64,000 bases of DNA. Source: Octopus vulgaris (lineage: Eukaryota). A model generated the notes under the pieces. That model did no database searches and was not told the DNA's origin. It worked only from the letters and a program-made list of their open reading frames with translations. This document shows, piece after piece, positions 13,261 through 25,739 of the stretch; positions within the stretch are counted from its first letter, which is position 1; each line of letters begins with the position of its first letter. A program made the translations under genes and the position numbers. The stretch spans positions 101,494,001 to 101,558,000 of the forward strand of contig OX597819.1 in the NCBI GenBank assembly GCA_951406725.2, written 5' to 3'.

Positions 13261-14290
13261 CTACAAAAGGAAGACAAAACAAAAAAATTGCAGTTTTATT
13301 TGTATTTCTAAATTTCGGAGCTATAACCTCCTTTTCAGGATATTTGGGTTGGAAAAGTAAGGAATGGAAGAGTCATTGCTCAGTGGGGAAGAAAAGAGTA
13401 TGGAAGATGAAGGCGGAAGGTGACATGCGCAAACTGGTGTTGCTATAGTAACCAGTCTGTCTTATGTAGCTTCTTCCTGCCGTTAATGGCTGCTTTCAGT
13501 TCGTTGATTAAGAGGGCCTCCTTGACACTGAGATTGACTCTCTCACGTTGAGAGGCCAAATGGATATTTTAAAATCATGGGTCTGGCACTTCTTTAGGTG
13601 GTATGTTTATTGAAGTGTCTGTGCACTTATGTTCTTTTACTGGAAGGTTAAACCTCCTGGTGGTACTCCCAAAGTAGGATTCCCCACATTTACTGCAGAC
13701 TATTTCATATACCACATAGACCCTCGAGCACGTATTGACGTCATTTACGCGGCAATTGCATAGTGTGCACGACACACCGCTACCTGTGGTATTATTCCCC
13801 CACAGATATTTCCTCAGCGACGAGCGATGTGCACTAAGTGTGCGTTGACAGTTCCTCCCTGCGGATCGCGTGTTGTATAACTGCAGTTATTTTGTCATCG
13901 AAGTTGAGCAGTTTGAGGAAGCACATATCAGTCTTGGGACTATGAGCCCTTTGATATGGTTTACCCACTCTGATGTTTTGTAGATGCAGTCGTTTGGCTA
14001 CAGGTGGCGGATAGATGTTGTGCGTTAAGTTGTTTCGCTGCCTCTGTCGCTTATGCGTGTGATTTCATTTCATACGTGTGTGAATTTGGCTTTGGTGGGC
14101 AGGGCTGATTGTAAAGTTCCTACTGGATGATTTTCTGTAAAAATCAGTATGATGGAACCCTCCTCTATGAATTTGATTTTGGAAATCTAGCAGAAAGTGT
14201 GTTCCGGATTCGTCCTGGTGCTCTATTTCAAATTTGAGATACAGCCCTACTTCCAAGACAGAACATAACTCCGGTTATACAACAGGCGAT
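13261..14290 (-). mobile_element. Penelope-like element 3' part (RT thumb, GIY-YIG endonuclease, hammerhead relic)
   Basis: LKFEIEHQ...FLLDF...TDFYRK...PAH; VVYEIVCSKCGESYFGSTTRRFNLPVKEH; downstream CTGAAAA-GGAG-gttatag-CTCC-GAAA. Confidence 0.85.
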
Positions 14291-14539
14291 CCTCAGAGAG
14301 GAACCCTACATACATATGCTGTGCGCTGGTGCATACCCGTGGAAATGTCTGTTCAAAAATAATATCACAGGTAGCATCGAAGGGTGACACTACTGAATTG
14401 CCCCTTCGATGACGTCAAAAGCTGTTCAAGATCTAACTTTTAGAATCGTATACCTCTCCCTATTTCTCCCTTTTTCTTTCCTTTTCTCTTTCACGCTATT
14501 TCTCTCTCTCTTCCTCTACTATGTCTCTCTTTTTTTATG

Positions 14540-14770
14540 CGGTATGCGAAGTAGTCTGCAGCAAATGTGGGACGCCCTACATTAGTTGTACATTCGAATA
14601 AAAGAACATATGAACATTTCAATTAAAAAAAAAAAAAGAATATCTACTCCAAAGCAAGTTCCCATCGTGAACGTTTCTTCACTTTTGAATGTACACCAAC
14701 ATGTCAAGTGTAAATGTATTACAAGAGCCGAAACAAACATTACAAGGAATCTTATTCGACACTCTAACGA
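14540..14770 (+). mobile_element. Second GIY-YIG (PLE) fragment, opposite orientation
   Basis: Translates roughly VCEVVCSKCGTPYIS...IRIKEH, homologous to 13625-13715. Confidence 0.6.
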
Positions 14771-15899
14771 TTCTGCTACTATGTAGTGAAAAAGTAAAAA
14801 ATGATATATCTATTATAATACATAATGTTATCGCTCATTATAATCTCTTTAATTCTAATGTATTCGATTTTGTTTTTATAGTTTCATCCATGTTGTTTGT
14901 TGTAGTTATTGCTGTTCTTGTAGTTATACTTTTCTTCTATACTGCTGCACAAATTTAAAATTAATAATTAACCAAAATTCAACTAAATATTTTATTGGAA
15001 AAATTATTTAAAAATAATACACACACACACAAACACACATATATTGTTATTTCGAAATAATTTTTCCTATAATGAATACATACATGCGCGCGCGAATATA
15101 TGTATACATGTGTGTATGCGCGTAAATATTAGAAAGGATTTGAGAATATAGACGAAAGGAATATAAGAATGTAAAATATTCGAACGATACCATTGAAGTT
15201 TCTGTACACTTTAGAGTTTAACGGGGCAACAGCAAGATAGGCCAAAAGTCGTAAGAGCAAATCTTGGAATATTCTCTAATATTTATAAATTGTTTCAGAT
15301 TCTAAGACATTTTCATAGGGATTTAATACTGCATTTGTTTTACATTTTTGGATGTTAATTTTAATTAATCGCGTAACAACTAGGGAATCATACATATACT
15401 TCCATTGACTTAAAGGGTCTGTGAATGAGGAATATTTCTATTCGCTTTATGTAGTCTATCCAAACTTTGTGCTCTCTGTTTCTCTTTCAAATTTTCTAAG
15501 AATATCTCGTTTATCAACGTTTATTCCTTACAGTTACATGCAATCTTCATCATGTAGGAGACAGATTCTATTGAGAAGTTAATATCGGTTTTAGAAACCG
15601 TATCAGGGACTGTTCATGCAACTGTCCGGCTAGATTTGTAGGGCCCAACTATTTGTGCTGTATGTGACCACAACTCTGGTTAGGAAAACTTATTATATTT
15701 AATTATTGTGTTTTATATAATTATTTCTTCGTATTTAATTATTTATTCACTATTTATTTACTCTTATTACATCATTATATAATTTACAATAAATTTGTAA
15801 CAAATCTACTTGTTTATGTATTTGCCCTTCCTCTATTTTGTCCTGCGTATAACATATTTTGTATGCTTGAAAGAACCCCGAGGGACAAAATCAAAGAAT

Positions 15900-17480
15900 A
15901 CATTACAAAAGAATTGTTAAAGCTTCAGAGATAATTCCCTTCAGTTCAAAATCTCAAAATCCTGAGTTCAAATCCTACTGTCGTCAACATTGACTTTCAT
16001 TTCATCAGGAACAATAAAATAAAGCTTAACTTGGATAGTTTGGAGCAATTTAATCAACGAACTCTTGGCCCGAATTTTTGGTTTTGTGCGTATGTTAAGA
16101 GTAATTATTACTTTTGCAGGAGCTGGGTTTTAGTAGAGCGATCAAATGGTCAAGAAAAGGGCATTGCAGTATTTACTTATTCCATTTTATATCTTGAGAA
16201 GTCAAATCACATCGAGGTTAATTTTGACTTTCATCCTTCTGGAATCCACAAAATGAAATTACAGTCAATTTGGAGAAAAGAGTACTTGATGATATTGGCC
16301 CTGCTGGTTAATCTGCATTATTCCATAGGGAGTGTAGGGCCAGTTTCCCAGTCTCTCTGACATATATATATATATTCCCTCTACTGGAAGAGACAAAGGT
16401 CCGTTACTGGGTTACTCATTTTTGCCAGCTGAGTGGACTGGAGCAACGTGAAATGAAGTGTTTTACTCAAGAACGCAATGAATCGCCCAGTCTAGGAATC
16501 GAGAGCACAGTCTTACGATCATGGGTCCAACACCCTGACTACTAAGACATGCACCTTCACTGGATTAATGTAATCAGGTTTTACCTCGCAAATTTCTTGC
16601 CTTATGCCAGTATAAGTGTTTGGCAAAATATTTTGGGTTGTCTGACAAAATACCTTATGATATCTGTTCCATCTCCTTCTCTTTTGAGTTCAAGTCCAAA
16701 CGAGGTGTAATTTCACAAGGTTTCGACCCAAGTCGTAAAATAAAGAACCAGTCAATTACAGTTTTCGATCTAATCGAGTAACTACCCCGCCTAAAACTTT
16801 AAAATATTCCTTTATTATTGATGATGAGAAATTACGGGGCGTGCTGAGAGAATCATAAGCTCACCGGAGAAAATACTTAGCAACGGTATTACTTCCGGTT
16901 TTGTGAAATGCTTAGCGGTATTTCGTCTGCGTTACGTTGTGAGTTCAAATTCCGCTGAGGTCGACTTTGCCTTTCATCCTTTCGGGGTCGATAAATTAAG
17001 TACCAGTTACGCACTGGGGTCGATGTAATCGACTTAATACCTATGTCTGTCCTTGTTTGTCCCCTCTGTGTTTAGCCCCTTGTGGGTAATAAAGAAATAG
17101 GTATTACTTCCGGTTTTGCGTTCTGAGTTCAAAATTCTACTCAGGTGGACTTTGCTTTCCATCTTTTCGGAGTCGTGCCAGTTAAGCACTGGGATTGACG
17201 TTGTCGATTAGACCCCTAACTCAAAATTTCAGGCCTTATTATAAAAAGGATTATTGATGATCAGAAATTTGGTGACATGCTGGTTCGTCGAACAAAATGC
17301 TAAAATGCTTAGAGCTATTTATTCCGGCTCTTATCGTTTTAAGCTCAAATCCTACCGAGGCCAACTTTGCTTTCCCTCACTTTCGGTGGTCGATAAAATA
17401 AAGTACCAGTTAAAAACTGGAGTCGATAGAATGGACCTGTCTCCTCCCCACAAAATTTCTAGCCTTCTGCCAAAATTAGA
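15900..17480 (+). mobile_element. Cluster of at least 5 family D SINE copies of different ages plus one inverted family B copy (about 16330-16560, minus)
   Basis: Repeated gagttcaaat...gactttcatcc/gcctttcatcc...taaaataaagtaccag motifs near 15960, 16200, 16690, 16940, 17125 and 17345. Confidence 0.8.
16904..17099 (+). mobile_element. Young 5'-truncated family D SINE with a 19-bp TSD
   Basis: GGTATTACTTCCGGTTTTG at 16885-16903 and 17100-17118; Nin-like gcctttcatcctttcggggtcgataaattaagtaccag. Confidence 0.92.
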
Positions 17481-17589
17481 GGGAAGCACTAATGAGGATA
17501 ATAGAAGATAATGAAGAATATAAAAATTATGACTGAGAATATCACTCAGAAATATGATGGACTTCATTATTAGTCATGTCGAAATTAAT

Positions 17590-18470
17590 GCTGATGATGA
17601 TATTGATGAAGATGTTGATGATGATGAGGATGATGATGATGAGGAGGAGGAGGAGGAGGAGGAAGAGGATGACAATGACGATGACATAACAGCAATGAAG
17701 CAGACGATACCAATAAAAGTTCAATGCTTTTAAAACATAAACAGTAGAGCGTGGATGGTTGCGCAGACTTTAAGGTGTAAAAGGTGCTGTGTGTAAGTAG
17801 AGTTGTTGGCGTTGATGGCGGCGGCGAGGATTACGATATTGGGTGTTGAGTTGGCAATGTTCGAAGTGGAGGAATAGGGAGAGAGAAGTAAGAGAGAAAG
17901 GGAGAGAAGGGGAGAGAGAGAGTGAGAGTGAGAATAAGAATAAAGACGAATATGAATGAGGAGGAGGAGGAGGAGGAAGTGGAGGTGGTGGTGGTGATGG
18001 TGGTGGCGTCGGAGTTAGAGGATGTGTTGGAATAACCGATTTCTTCTGAGTGCTGAGAACTATTGCGTAAGACACCCGACACGTTTGCACGGAATGACAT
18101 AGGAGGCGGGTGTTAGAAGTGGTAGCGGCGGTAGTGTTGGTGGTGGTGTTGGTGGTGATGATGTTGGTGGTGGTGGTGGTGATGGTGGTGAAGATAGTGG
18201 TGGTGTCGGTAGTGGTAATAGTTGGTCTGATGATACTGATGACTGAGGTAGTGAGGTGGGTGTGGCAGGGACCGTTTTTGGGGGTGCTCGGCTTAATGGA
18301 AGTGGAGATTGGTAATGATGATGGTGATGGCGAAGATGATGAAGATGATGGAGCTGATGAAGATGATGGTAATGGTGATGATGTGGTTAATGATGACGAT
18401 GATGATGATGGTGATGGTGATGGTGATGATGTGGACAAAAATGAAGATAGTGGTGACAGATGTTGTTGAC

Positions 18471-18501
<31 letters not shown>

Positions 18502-18560
18502 GTGGTAGAGTTTGTGATGATGGTGCTGGTGACGATGATGGCGGTGCTGGGGATGTGTGT
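17590..18560. repeat. Compound (GAT)n/(GGT)n/(GAG)n low-complexity tract
   Basis: Directly visible trinucleotide runs. Confidence 0.9.
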
Positions 18561-18906
18561 ACTAGTGTTGAGGAGAAGGTGACGGAATAATAGGGAAGCG
18601 AAAGTGAAGGAACGAAAGGGTAGATGTGAGAGGATATCGTGTGAAAATACGAAGCGATGACGACAGCAAGCGATGAGAGCAAAAACTGAGGAATAACGGG
18701 GTGGGTAAATGGATGGCTACGTGAATGGGGGTGGAGATGTAACGAGGTTTTTTTAAATGAACGAAGGGCGTAGTGATGAGGAAATTGTGTAAAACAGTAA
18801 CTTCATGGTGATGGGTTGAGATTTGAGGGGTTAAAAGGAGGAATGGCGTTGCCGTTAAGATATTATTTTGTAGCTTTGATCGTAATAGTGCTTTGGCACC
18901 GATGAT

Positions 18907-19080
18907 CAGTGGTTCCGAACCGGTGTCCATATGAACTTTGGGGATCCATATAGTTTATTTTCATAATTCACGTATAATAAATTCTTAAAGTTTTGCAATA
19001 ATGCAAAATAATATCACATTTTATACAGTTCAAACAATATTTAAGAATAAGAATATGATTGGATGTTTTATGATAAAGGA
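18907..19080 (+). mobile_element. Possible hAT (Charlie-like) MITE left end
   Basis: CAGTGGTTCCGAACC resembles Charlie-type TIRs; no matching right TIR seen. Confidence 0.35.
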
Positions 19081-19122
19081 AAGGTGAGTTTATTTCATTA
19101 TTGTGCAAATGGGAAATTTGGT

Positions 19123-19142
19123 GCTGCTACTGCTGTTATTGC

Positions 19143-19173
<31 letters not shown>

Positions 19174-19700
19174 CTTCTTCTTCTTCTTCTTCTTCTTCTT
19201 CTTCTTCTTCTTCTTCTTCTTCTTCTTCTAGCTCTTCTTCTTCTTCTTCTTCTTTTTCTCGTTCTTCTTCTTCTTCTTCTCCTTCTCCCCCTCCCCTCCT
19301 TCTTTTCCTCCTCCTTCGTTTGTATTCTTCTCCTCCTCCTTCGTTTTATGCTTCTTCTCCTCCTTCCCTCCTCCTCCTTCGTTTTATGCTTCTTCTCCTC
19401 CTTCCCTCCTCCTCCTCTTCCTCCCCCTTCTTCTTCTTCATCTCCCCCTCCCCTCCTTCTTTTCCTCCTCCTTCGTTTGTCTTCTTTTCCTCATCCGCCT
19501 CCTTCTCCCCCCTCCCCCTCATCCTTATCCTTCTTCTTCTTCTCCCCTTTCCCTCCTTCTTTTCCTTATCCTTCGTTTGTCTTCTTTTCCCCCTCCTCCT
19601 CCTTCTCCTCCTTCGTTTTCTGCTTCTTCTCCTCCTCCTCCTCCTCCTCCTCCTCCTTCTTCTTCTTTTTCTTCTTCTTCTTCTTCTTCTTCTTCTTCTT
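19123..19700. repeat. (GTT)n-(CTT)n-(CCT)n polypyrimidine tract
   Basis: About 550 bp that is almost purely pyrimidine on the + strand. Confidence 0.95.
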
Positions 19701-20811
19701 CGTGTTTAGTTCCTAACAAAACCCTAATTGAACAAACGTATTTCAACCATGACCAACATTTTCCTCTAAGAACGCAGAGAGTTCAGGGTCACATTATACA
19801 ACATGTTTCTCTTCTGAAGCTGTTAGGAATGTGATTTGAGGGAATAATTGACTGCAGTTTGTAGTAGGTCCAGTAACAACTCCTCAGTCTCCATTGGTTG
19901 TCCATTTGGTATTTATGATGTCTTTGCAGTTTTATTAATGAATTAAGTGTATGTATGTATATATAAACTTTCAGGATTCAAGCGAATCGGGCATTTAAAT
20001 AGTAAAACACGAAGGTCGGGTCGGTAATATCGCTATCGTGTACAAAACAATATGTACGTATTAAAGTAAACACAGATATACACCACTTGAATATACAACG
20101 AATCTTCAGAGGTGGAATATGGGTACAGACACTCCACGCACTGTACTGCCTTCAACAGACTCCACATCGTAGGAAATTGTAGGTTCCGAGTTAGGTGAAT
20201 GATAAACAAATAACAACAGAATTGTGGAAAATAAAGAGGGTTACGTGAGGAAAAGAAAAATGGACGATGGTCACGTGCGAACAATGAGAGAGAGGAAAAG
20301 ATAATTAGCACACACACATACATACGCACAATGAGACAAAGATAAACATGAACACACACATGCATACACACATGAACATGAACACACAGACACTTGAATA
20401 TTCAGAATACATACATACAAACTTACACACACGCATACATGTATAATACATGCACACATTTGCATGCATATATACACACACATACATGCATACATATATG
20501 TGTATGAACATGTACATTGATATACACACATGTGCACAAACAAATACAAAGAACGCAGCTCCGATAACGAACAGAATCAACGACTGAAGATGTTACAGAA
20601 AGCAACGAAAATTTTAGTAAAAGTAAATAAATATATGAGTGGAAATCGAACCGGTGTATGTATTAATTAATAAGGCATTAAAAGAAAATGACTCTACTCA
20701 GATACAATAAAATATGCTTCAACACATGAAGTCACATAAAGAATCTCGCAAACCAAATACATAAAGGAAATATATGTGTGTGTGTATGTGTATGTATGTA
20801 TGTATATATAT

Positions 20812-20920
<109 letters not shown>

Positions 20921-21247
20921 TATAATGTGCTGGGAGGTGTTCCCAAATATATACAATTATATATTTTATACTGTAAGCATTTAAACATTACCTAACGTAA
21001 AAATCAATACGATGAACAGACGTATGAACAAAAACATTCCATTCATGGCCAAACCGAATCACTAGTTAGGTTTTTAATGATGAGGTGATAAGGAGTGGCT
21101 GTGGTACCTGCAGCCGTATCTAAGGTAGTGTAGAGATGCTATTCAATGTTTCAATTTAATTGGCGATAGTTTTTTATAGCTCTATTGATTTTGGTAGTAG
21201 TCATAGTTATGATACTGCTAGAAGCAGCAGTAGTTTCAACAGTGACG

Positions 21248-21264
21248 GTAGTAGTAGTAGTAGC

Positions 21265-21311
<47 letters not shown>

Positions 21312-21342
21312 CAGCAGCAGCAACAGTAACAGCAGCAGCAGT

Positions 21343-21374
<32 letters not shown>

Positions 21375-21411
21375 TAGTAGCAGCAGCAACAGTAACAGCA
21401 GCAGCAGTAGT

Positions 21412-21476
<65 letters not shown>

Positions 21477-21535
21477 CAGTATTAGTAGTAGTAGTAGTAG
21501 TAGTAGCAGTAGTATTAGTAGTAGTAGTTGTTGTT
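21248..21535. repeat. (GTA)n/(GCA)n compound microsatellite with a higher-order duplication
   Basis: The (gta)n-(gca)n-acagtaaca-(gca)n block occurs twice. Confidence 0.95.
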
Positions 21536-21934
21536 TTTTGCTGTTCGTGAAGTAAAAACAGAATAGTACACTTGTATGCATTAGTAGTAAAATTAATTGG
21601 AAGCGTCAGCATCATCATAGGATCATCAGCAGCGTCATCATGATCCTCATCGTCACCACTTCGTCATCATCATCATCATCATCATCATCAATCATCATCA
21701 TTATTATTATCACCAGCCTCCGTCATCAGTCGAAGATGCCTGTCCATATGAGATACAAAAATTGGAGCAAAATCATACACGAAAAGATAGATATAAAGGT
21801 CAAGCGTTATATTTAATCTAATTTGATCAGAAGCTCTGTTACCTCAAAATAGTTACACAGTGATATAGTTTTTGTATTCATTAAGAATACACATACATTA
21901 TAGCCTTTTGTTCCTTTTACATTAATATATTGGC

Positions 21935-22100
21935 AGAAGCAGCGAGTAGTAGATCGATCCCAGACAAAATGTTCTGCGTTCGAATCCAACCGGAGTTACT
22001 ACTTGCTTCTTTCTTAATCAGTAGTTAATAAAACAATATGCCATTATCAATAAAATTAATTGTTTCCTCCTCACGAAAGGATAGGCTTTGTTCTGATATA
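21935..22100 (+). mobile_element. Degraded family D SINE
   Basis: tgcgttcgaatccaaccggagttactacttgc...ggctttgttc. Confidence 0.4.
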
Positions 22101-22433
22101 AGAAATGCTTAAATATGTTAGAATCATTTCATATAATTCATTGACGAACTAGGAAAGGCCAGAAGTCATTTTAAAGACGCCATATTTCCGATCCTGGTTT
22201 ATGATACTACCAGATGCGAGGCATACAATTTCAGCACAGAAACAATATGACAAAAGTTGGGGAAGATGTTTTGCGGATTAAATCATCACAGGAATTTAAG
22301 CTAATGCTGCTTGAAGAAGAAAAATATATATTAGGGTAAACAGAATGACGACCTACTTAAACCCATTCATTTGTTTGGAACTATATATATATTTACAGGA
22401 ACACACGCGCACACACACCTATGCATGTACACA

Positions 22434-22820
22434 TCTCTCTCTATATAAACGGCAGTTCGTCTGTCTGCGTGTCTGTGTGTCTGTTAGGTTGTACCCTCAC
22501 CCTGACCACGGCTTTCAACCGATTCTGATGAAACTTGACACACACATAGCCCAATGTCATAATTCAAAACTAACGCAGCAAAAATTTTGAAAAGTTCCCC
22601 CAGTTCTGAAAAAAAATCGACAAATTCGACATGGGGTCGAGAATTAGAAACACAAACCACAGACTGTCTAGGGGACGCAACTCGACCTTTTTTATTCTCA
22701 AAAAAAAGTTACCATAATTTTTTTTTTCCATTTTTTTGCTATTTTTTGGCTATAACTCTCTAAAAATGCTTTATAGTTATTTCCCTTACAAACCCGAGCA
22801 ACGCAGGGCGATACTGCTAG
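22434..22820 (+). mobile_element. Complete non-autonomous Helitron
   Basis: 5' TC(TCTCTCTATATAAA), (GTCT)n-like run, subterminal CCCGAGCAACGCAGGG imperfect hairpin, 3' CTAG; inserted between A (22433) and T (22821) with no TSD. Confidence 0.9.
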
Positions 22821-23190
22821 TATATATATAAATACACAAATGTATATATGTACATGCACATATATCAACATACACATATATTTACATTTATGCATATACT
22901 TCTATCTATATATATGTGTATGTATGTGAGTGTGTGTGTGTGTGACTGTGTGTTGTCTGTGTCTGTGTCTGTGTGCATCATGTTTCTCAGTTATATTCGC
23001 TTTATACAGATTCTGATCAGAGATTTATTGGTCAACACTCACCTCTATTGAAGAATATGAAAAGCATTTGCTCATAGTACCAAACTCTAGAAGCGAAACC
23101 GGAATCACGTGCTTGCGAAACGATCTTCTGAATTACCAACCATACCTGCACCCATACATACACACATACACTCGCACATACATACATACA

Positions 23191-23289
<99 letters not shown>

Positions 23290-24013
23290 ACGAGAGAGCT
23301 AGAGGAGAGAGAGGGAAAGAGATGTGTGAGATTAGGAGATCCTAATTATTACTCCAGGAACCTAACATCTTTGAAGAATCTATGAACACGATTCATTAAA
23401 TTCCTATCTCAGCGCTTTTAATTTTTTTCCTCTTTTATTTTTCTTTCATTCCTACCCCTGCTCATTCCACACTTTCATTCCACCGATCACGCTTTGATTC
23501 TTTTCATTTTATTTCTTTATATCGGTTGTTACCAATATATTTATTTACTGATTTTTATCCGCATCCTCCTTCTATTCCGTATTATATATTTGACTCATTT
23601 CTTTGCATAATTTTCTTCACAATTCTCTTAATACTCTCCTTCGTTTGATTGTGTTTGTATTTCTGGTTATGTTTATTCATGTTTATTTTTATTTTATTTA
23701 TTTTTTTTTTTTTAGGGTGACATTAGTGGTAACTTTGCTGTTTTCCTTTCATGAAAAATGTTGCAATGAAATTGTTTTTCTGTGGTTTACTTTATGAAAG
23801 AAAAATCAAAATCAGACAGGTGGAGTAGTAGAGTTGTACATTTTTTAAACATTTTTTGAAAACATTACTCTCTTCATATACATATATGTACACATATATT
23901 AATCGGTACACACATCACACGTGACACACACGCATACACAAAAAGGAGGAACGTATGTATAATCTATAGCAAATAAAAATGAATATATATATATATATGA
24001 TATACATATGATA

Positions 24014-24083
<70 letters not shown>

Positions 24084-24294
24084 ATATATATATATATTTA
24101 TGTATTTATTTATTTATTTATACATATACACACACGTGTATAATTATACCCAAAAGGCAGTAGATACACGTATAAAAATATAAATATGTATGTGTTCATT
24201 TATCATACGTAAAGGTGTATATGTATTTATGCACACGTCTAGTTATAGATGGGTGTATCAATGCTTCTGTCTGTCTGTCTATCTGTCTATCTAT

Positions 24295-24376
<82 letters not shown>

Positions 24377-24964
24377 ATATACGCATGTGCATGTGTGAAT
24401 GTGCGTCCAAAAAAATGCACATACACTCAAATAAGAATGTGGTGGTTACCTCTTAACTGCTTTTACGTAATTGATTTCAATTTTTCAGTGGAGTTCTTTG
24501 GAAATTTTTATTGAAAAAGGACTGGCTTATCCACAACTAAATTAAAGTAATTTGTGTGGATCGGTAATGAGAGTAGAGAAAAGAGTGTTGGTGATAACAA
24601 CGAAGACTATGATGACGACCACGAATAGGATAAAGATGGCGGTGATGGCGATGGGGTGAAGAATAAAAGGGAAGAAGTGGGAGGATGAGGAGAAGAATGA
24701 GGTATCGGCATGATAATGATGTTGATGATTTAGACTACGATGTTCGATGGACATGATGATGACGATGGTGTAAGAAACTGATGTTGACGATGATGATTAT
24801 CATAATGATGAACGTGATTATTATTATAATGGTTTCAAAAAATTTGCGTTTCTAATGCACTTCAAGTAATTAATTATACTGACGATTATCATGCTTATTA
24901 TTATTATTATTCTTTTTATTTAAGAATTTATTATTATCATCATCATCGTCATCATCATCACCTT

Positions 24965-25150
24965 CATGTAGTGAGATGACAGAGTCGTTAACGCGAAGGA
25001 GAAAATGTTTAGCAACATTTTTTCCGTGTCTTTACACTCTGAAATCAAACATCAATAAGTTTGCTTTTCATCCCTCTGAGGTCAATATAATAATCAGTCG
25101 AGTACTGGGGTAATGTAAATGACTTACACCTTCCCGTCAAAATTTTTGTG
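24965..25150 (+). mobile_element. Degraded family D SINE
   Basis: ttgcttttcatccctctgaggtcaata...gagtactggggtaatgtaaatgactta. Confidence 0.6.
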
Positions 25151-25499
25151 AAGACTGGTAAAGGTTCAATGTTTCTACTCATATTTTATCATATTTAATT
25201 CTCCATTTATTGTCGGTACTATTTTCAACCTTACATTTTGAATATTTTTGTATCAAGATCCTGAACTTTGACAGTTTTTTTTTTCATTTCTATTAGAACA
25301 ATCGTTTTATTATTCATTCCTTGTTTATAGAATCTGGACCGTGTGCATTGACTTTTTTTGTCAGTATGGACGGGCATATTCCAGATGGTTGTGGTCAGGT
25401 CACTGTTATGTACTGTGTTTGGAAAATGTTTTTATCACTTCTTCACTGTTTTCATATTAAAGAGCTGTCATATTAAACAGTTAGTATATCTGTCTATGT

Positions 25500-25739
25500 G
25501 AAAGGCGGCGGGCGAGCTGGCAGAAACGTTAGCAGGCCGGGCGAAATGCGTAGCCGTATTTCGTCTGCCGTTACGTTCTGAGTTCAAATTCCGCCGAGGT
25601 CGACTTTGCCTTTCATCCTTTCGGGGTCGATTAAATAAGTACCTGTTACGCACTGGGGTCGATATAAGCGACTTAATCCGTTTGTCTGTCCTTGTTTGTT
25701 CCCTCTATGTTTAGCCCTTTGTGTGTAGTAAAGAAATAG
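25500..25739 (+). mobile_element. Full-length family D (tRNA head + Nin domain) SINE with a 16-bp TSD
   Basis: TSD gtatatctgtc(t/a)atgt at 25484-25499 and 25740-25755; B box GAGTTCAAATTCC; Nin motif gcctttcatcctttcggggtcga. Confidence 0.92.

Noticed and set aside
17770-18930. Host exon encoding a Ser/Thr/Pro-rich protein
   Set aside because: ORFs overlap in different frames, are repeat-derived and show no domain or clear splice sites; kept only as a weak non-coding candidate
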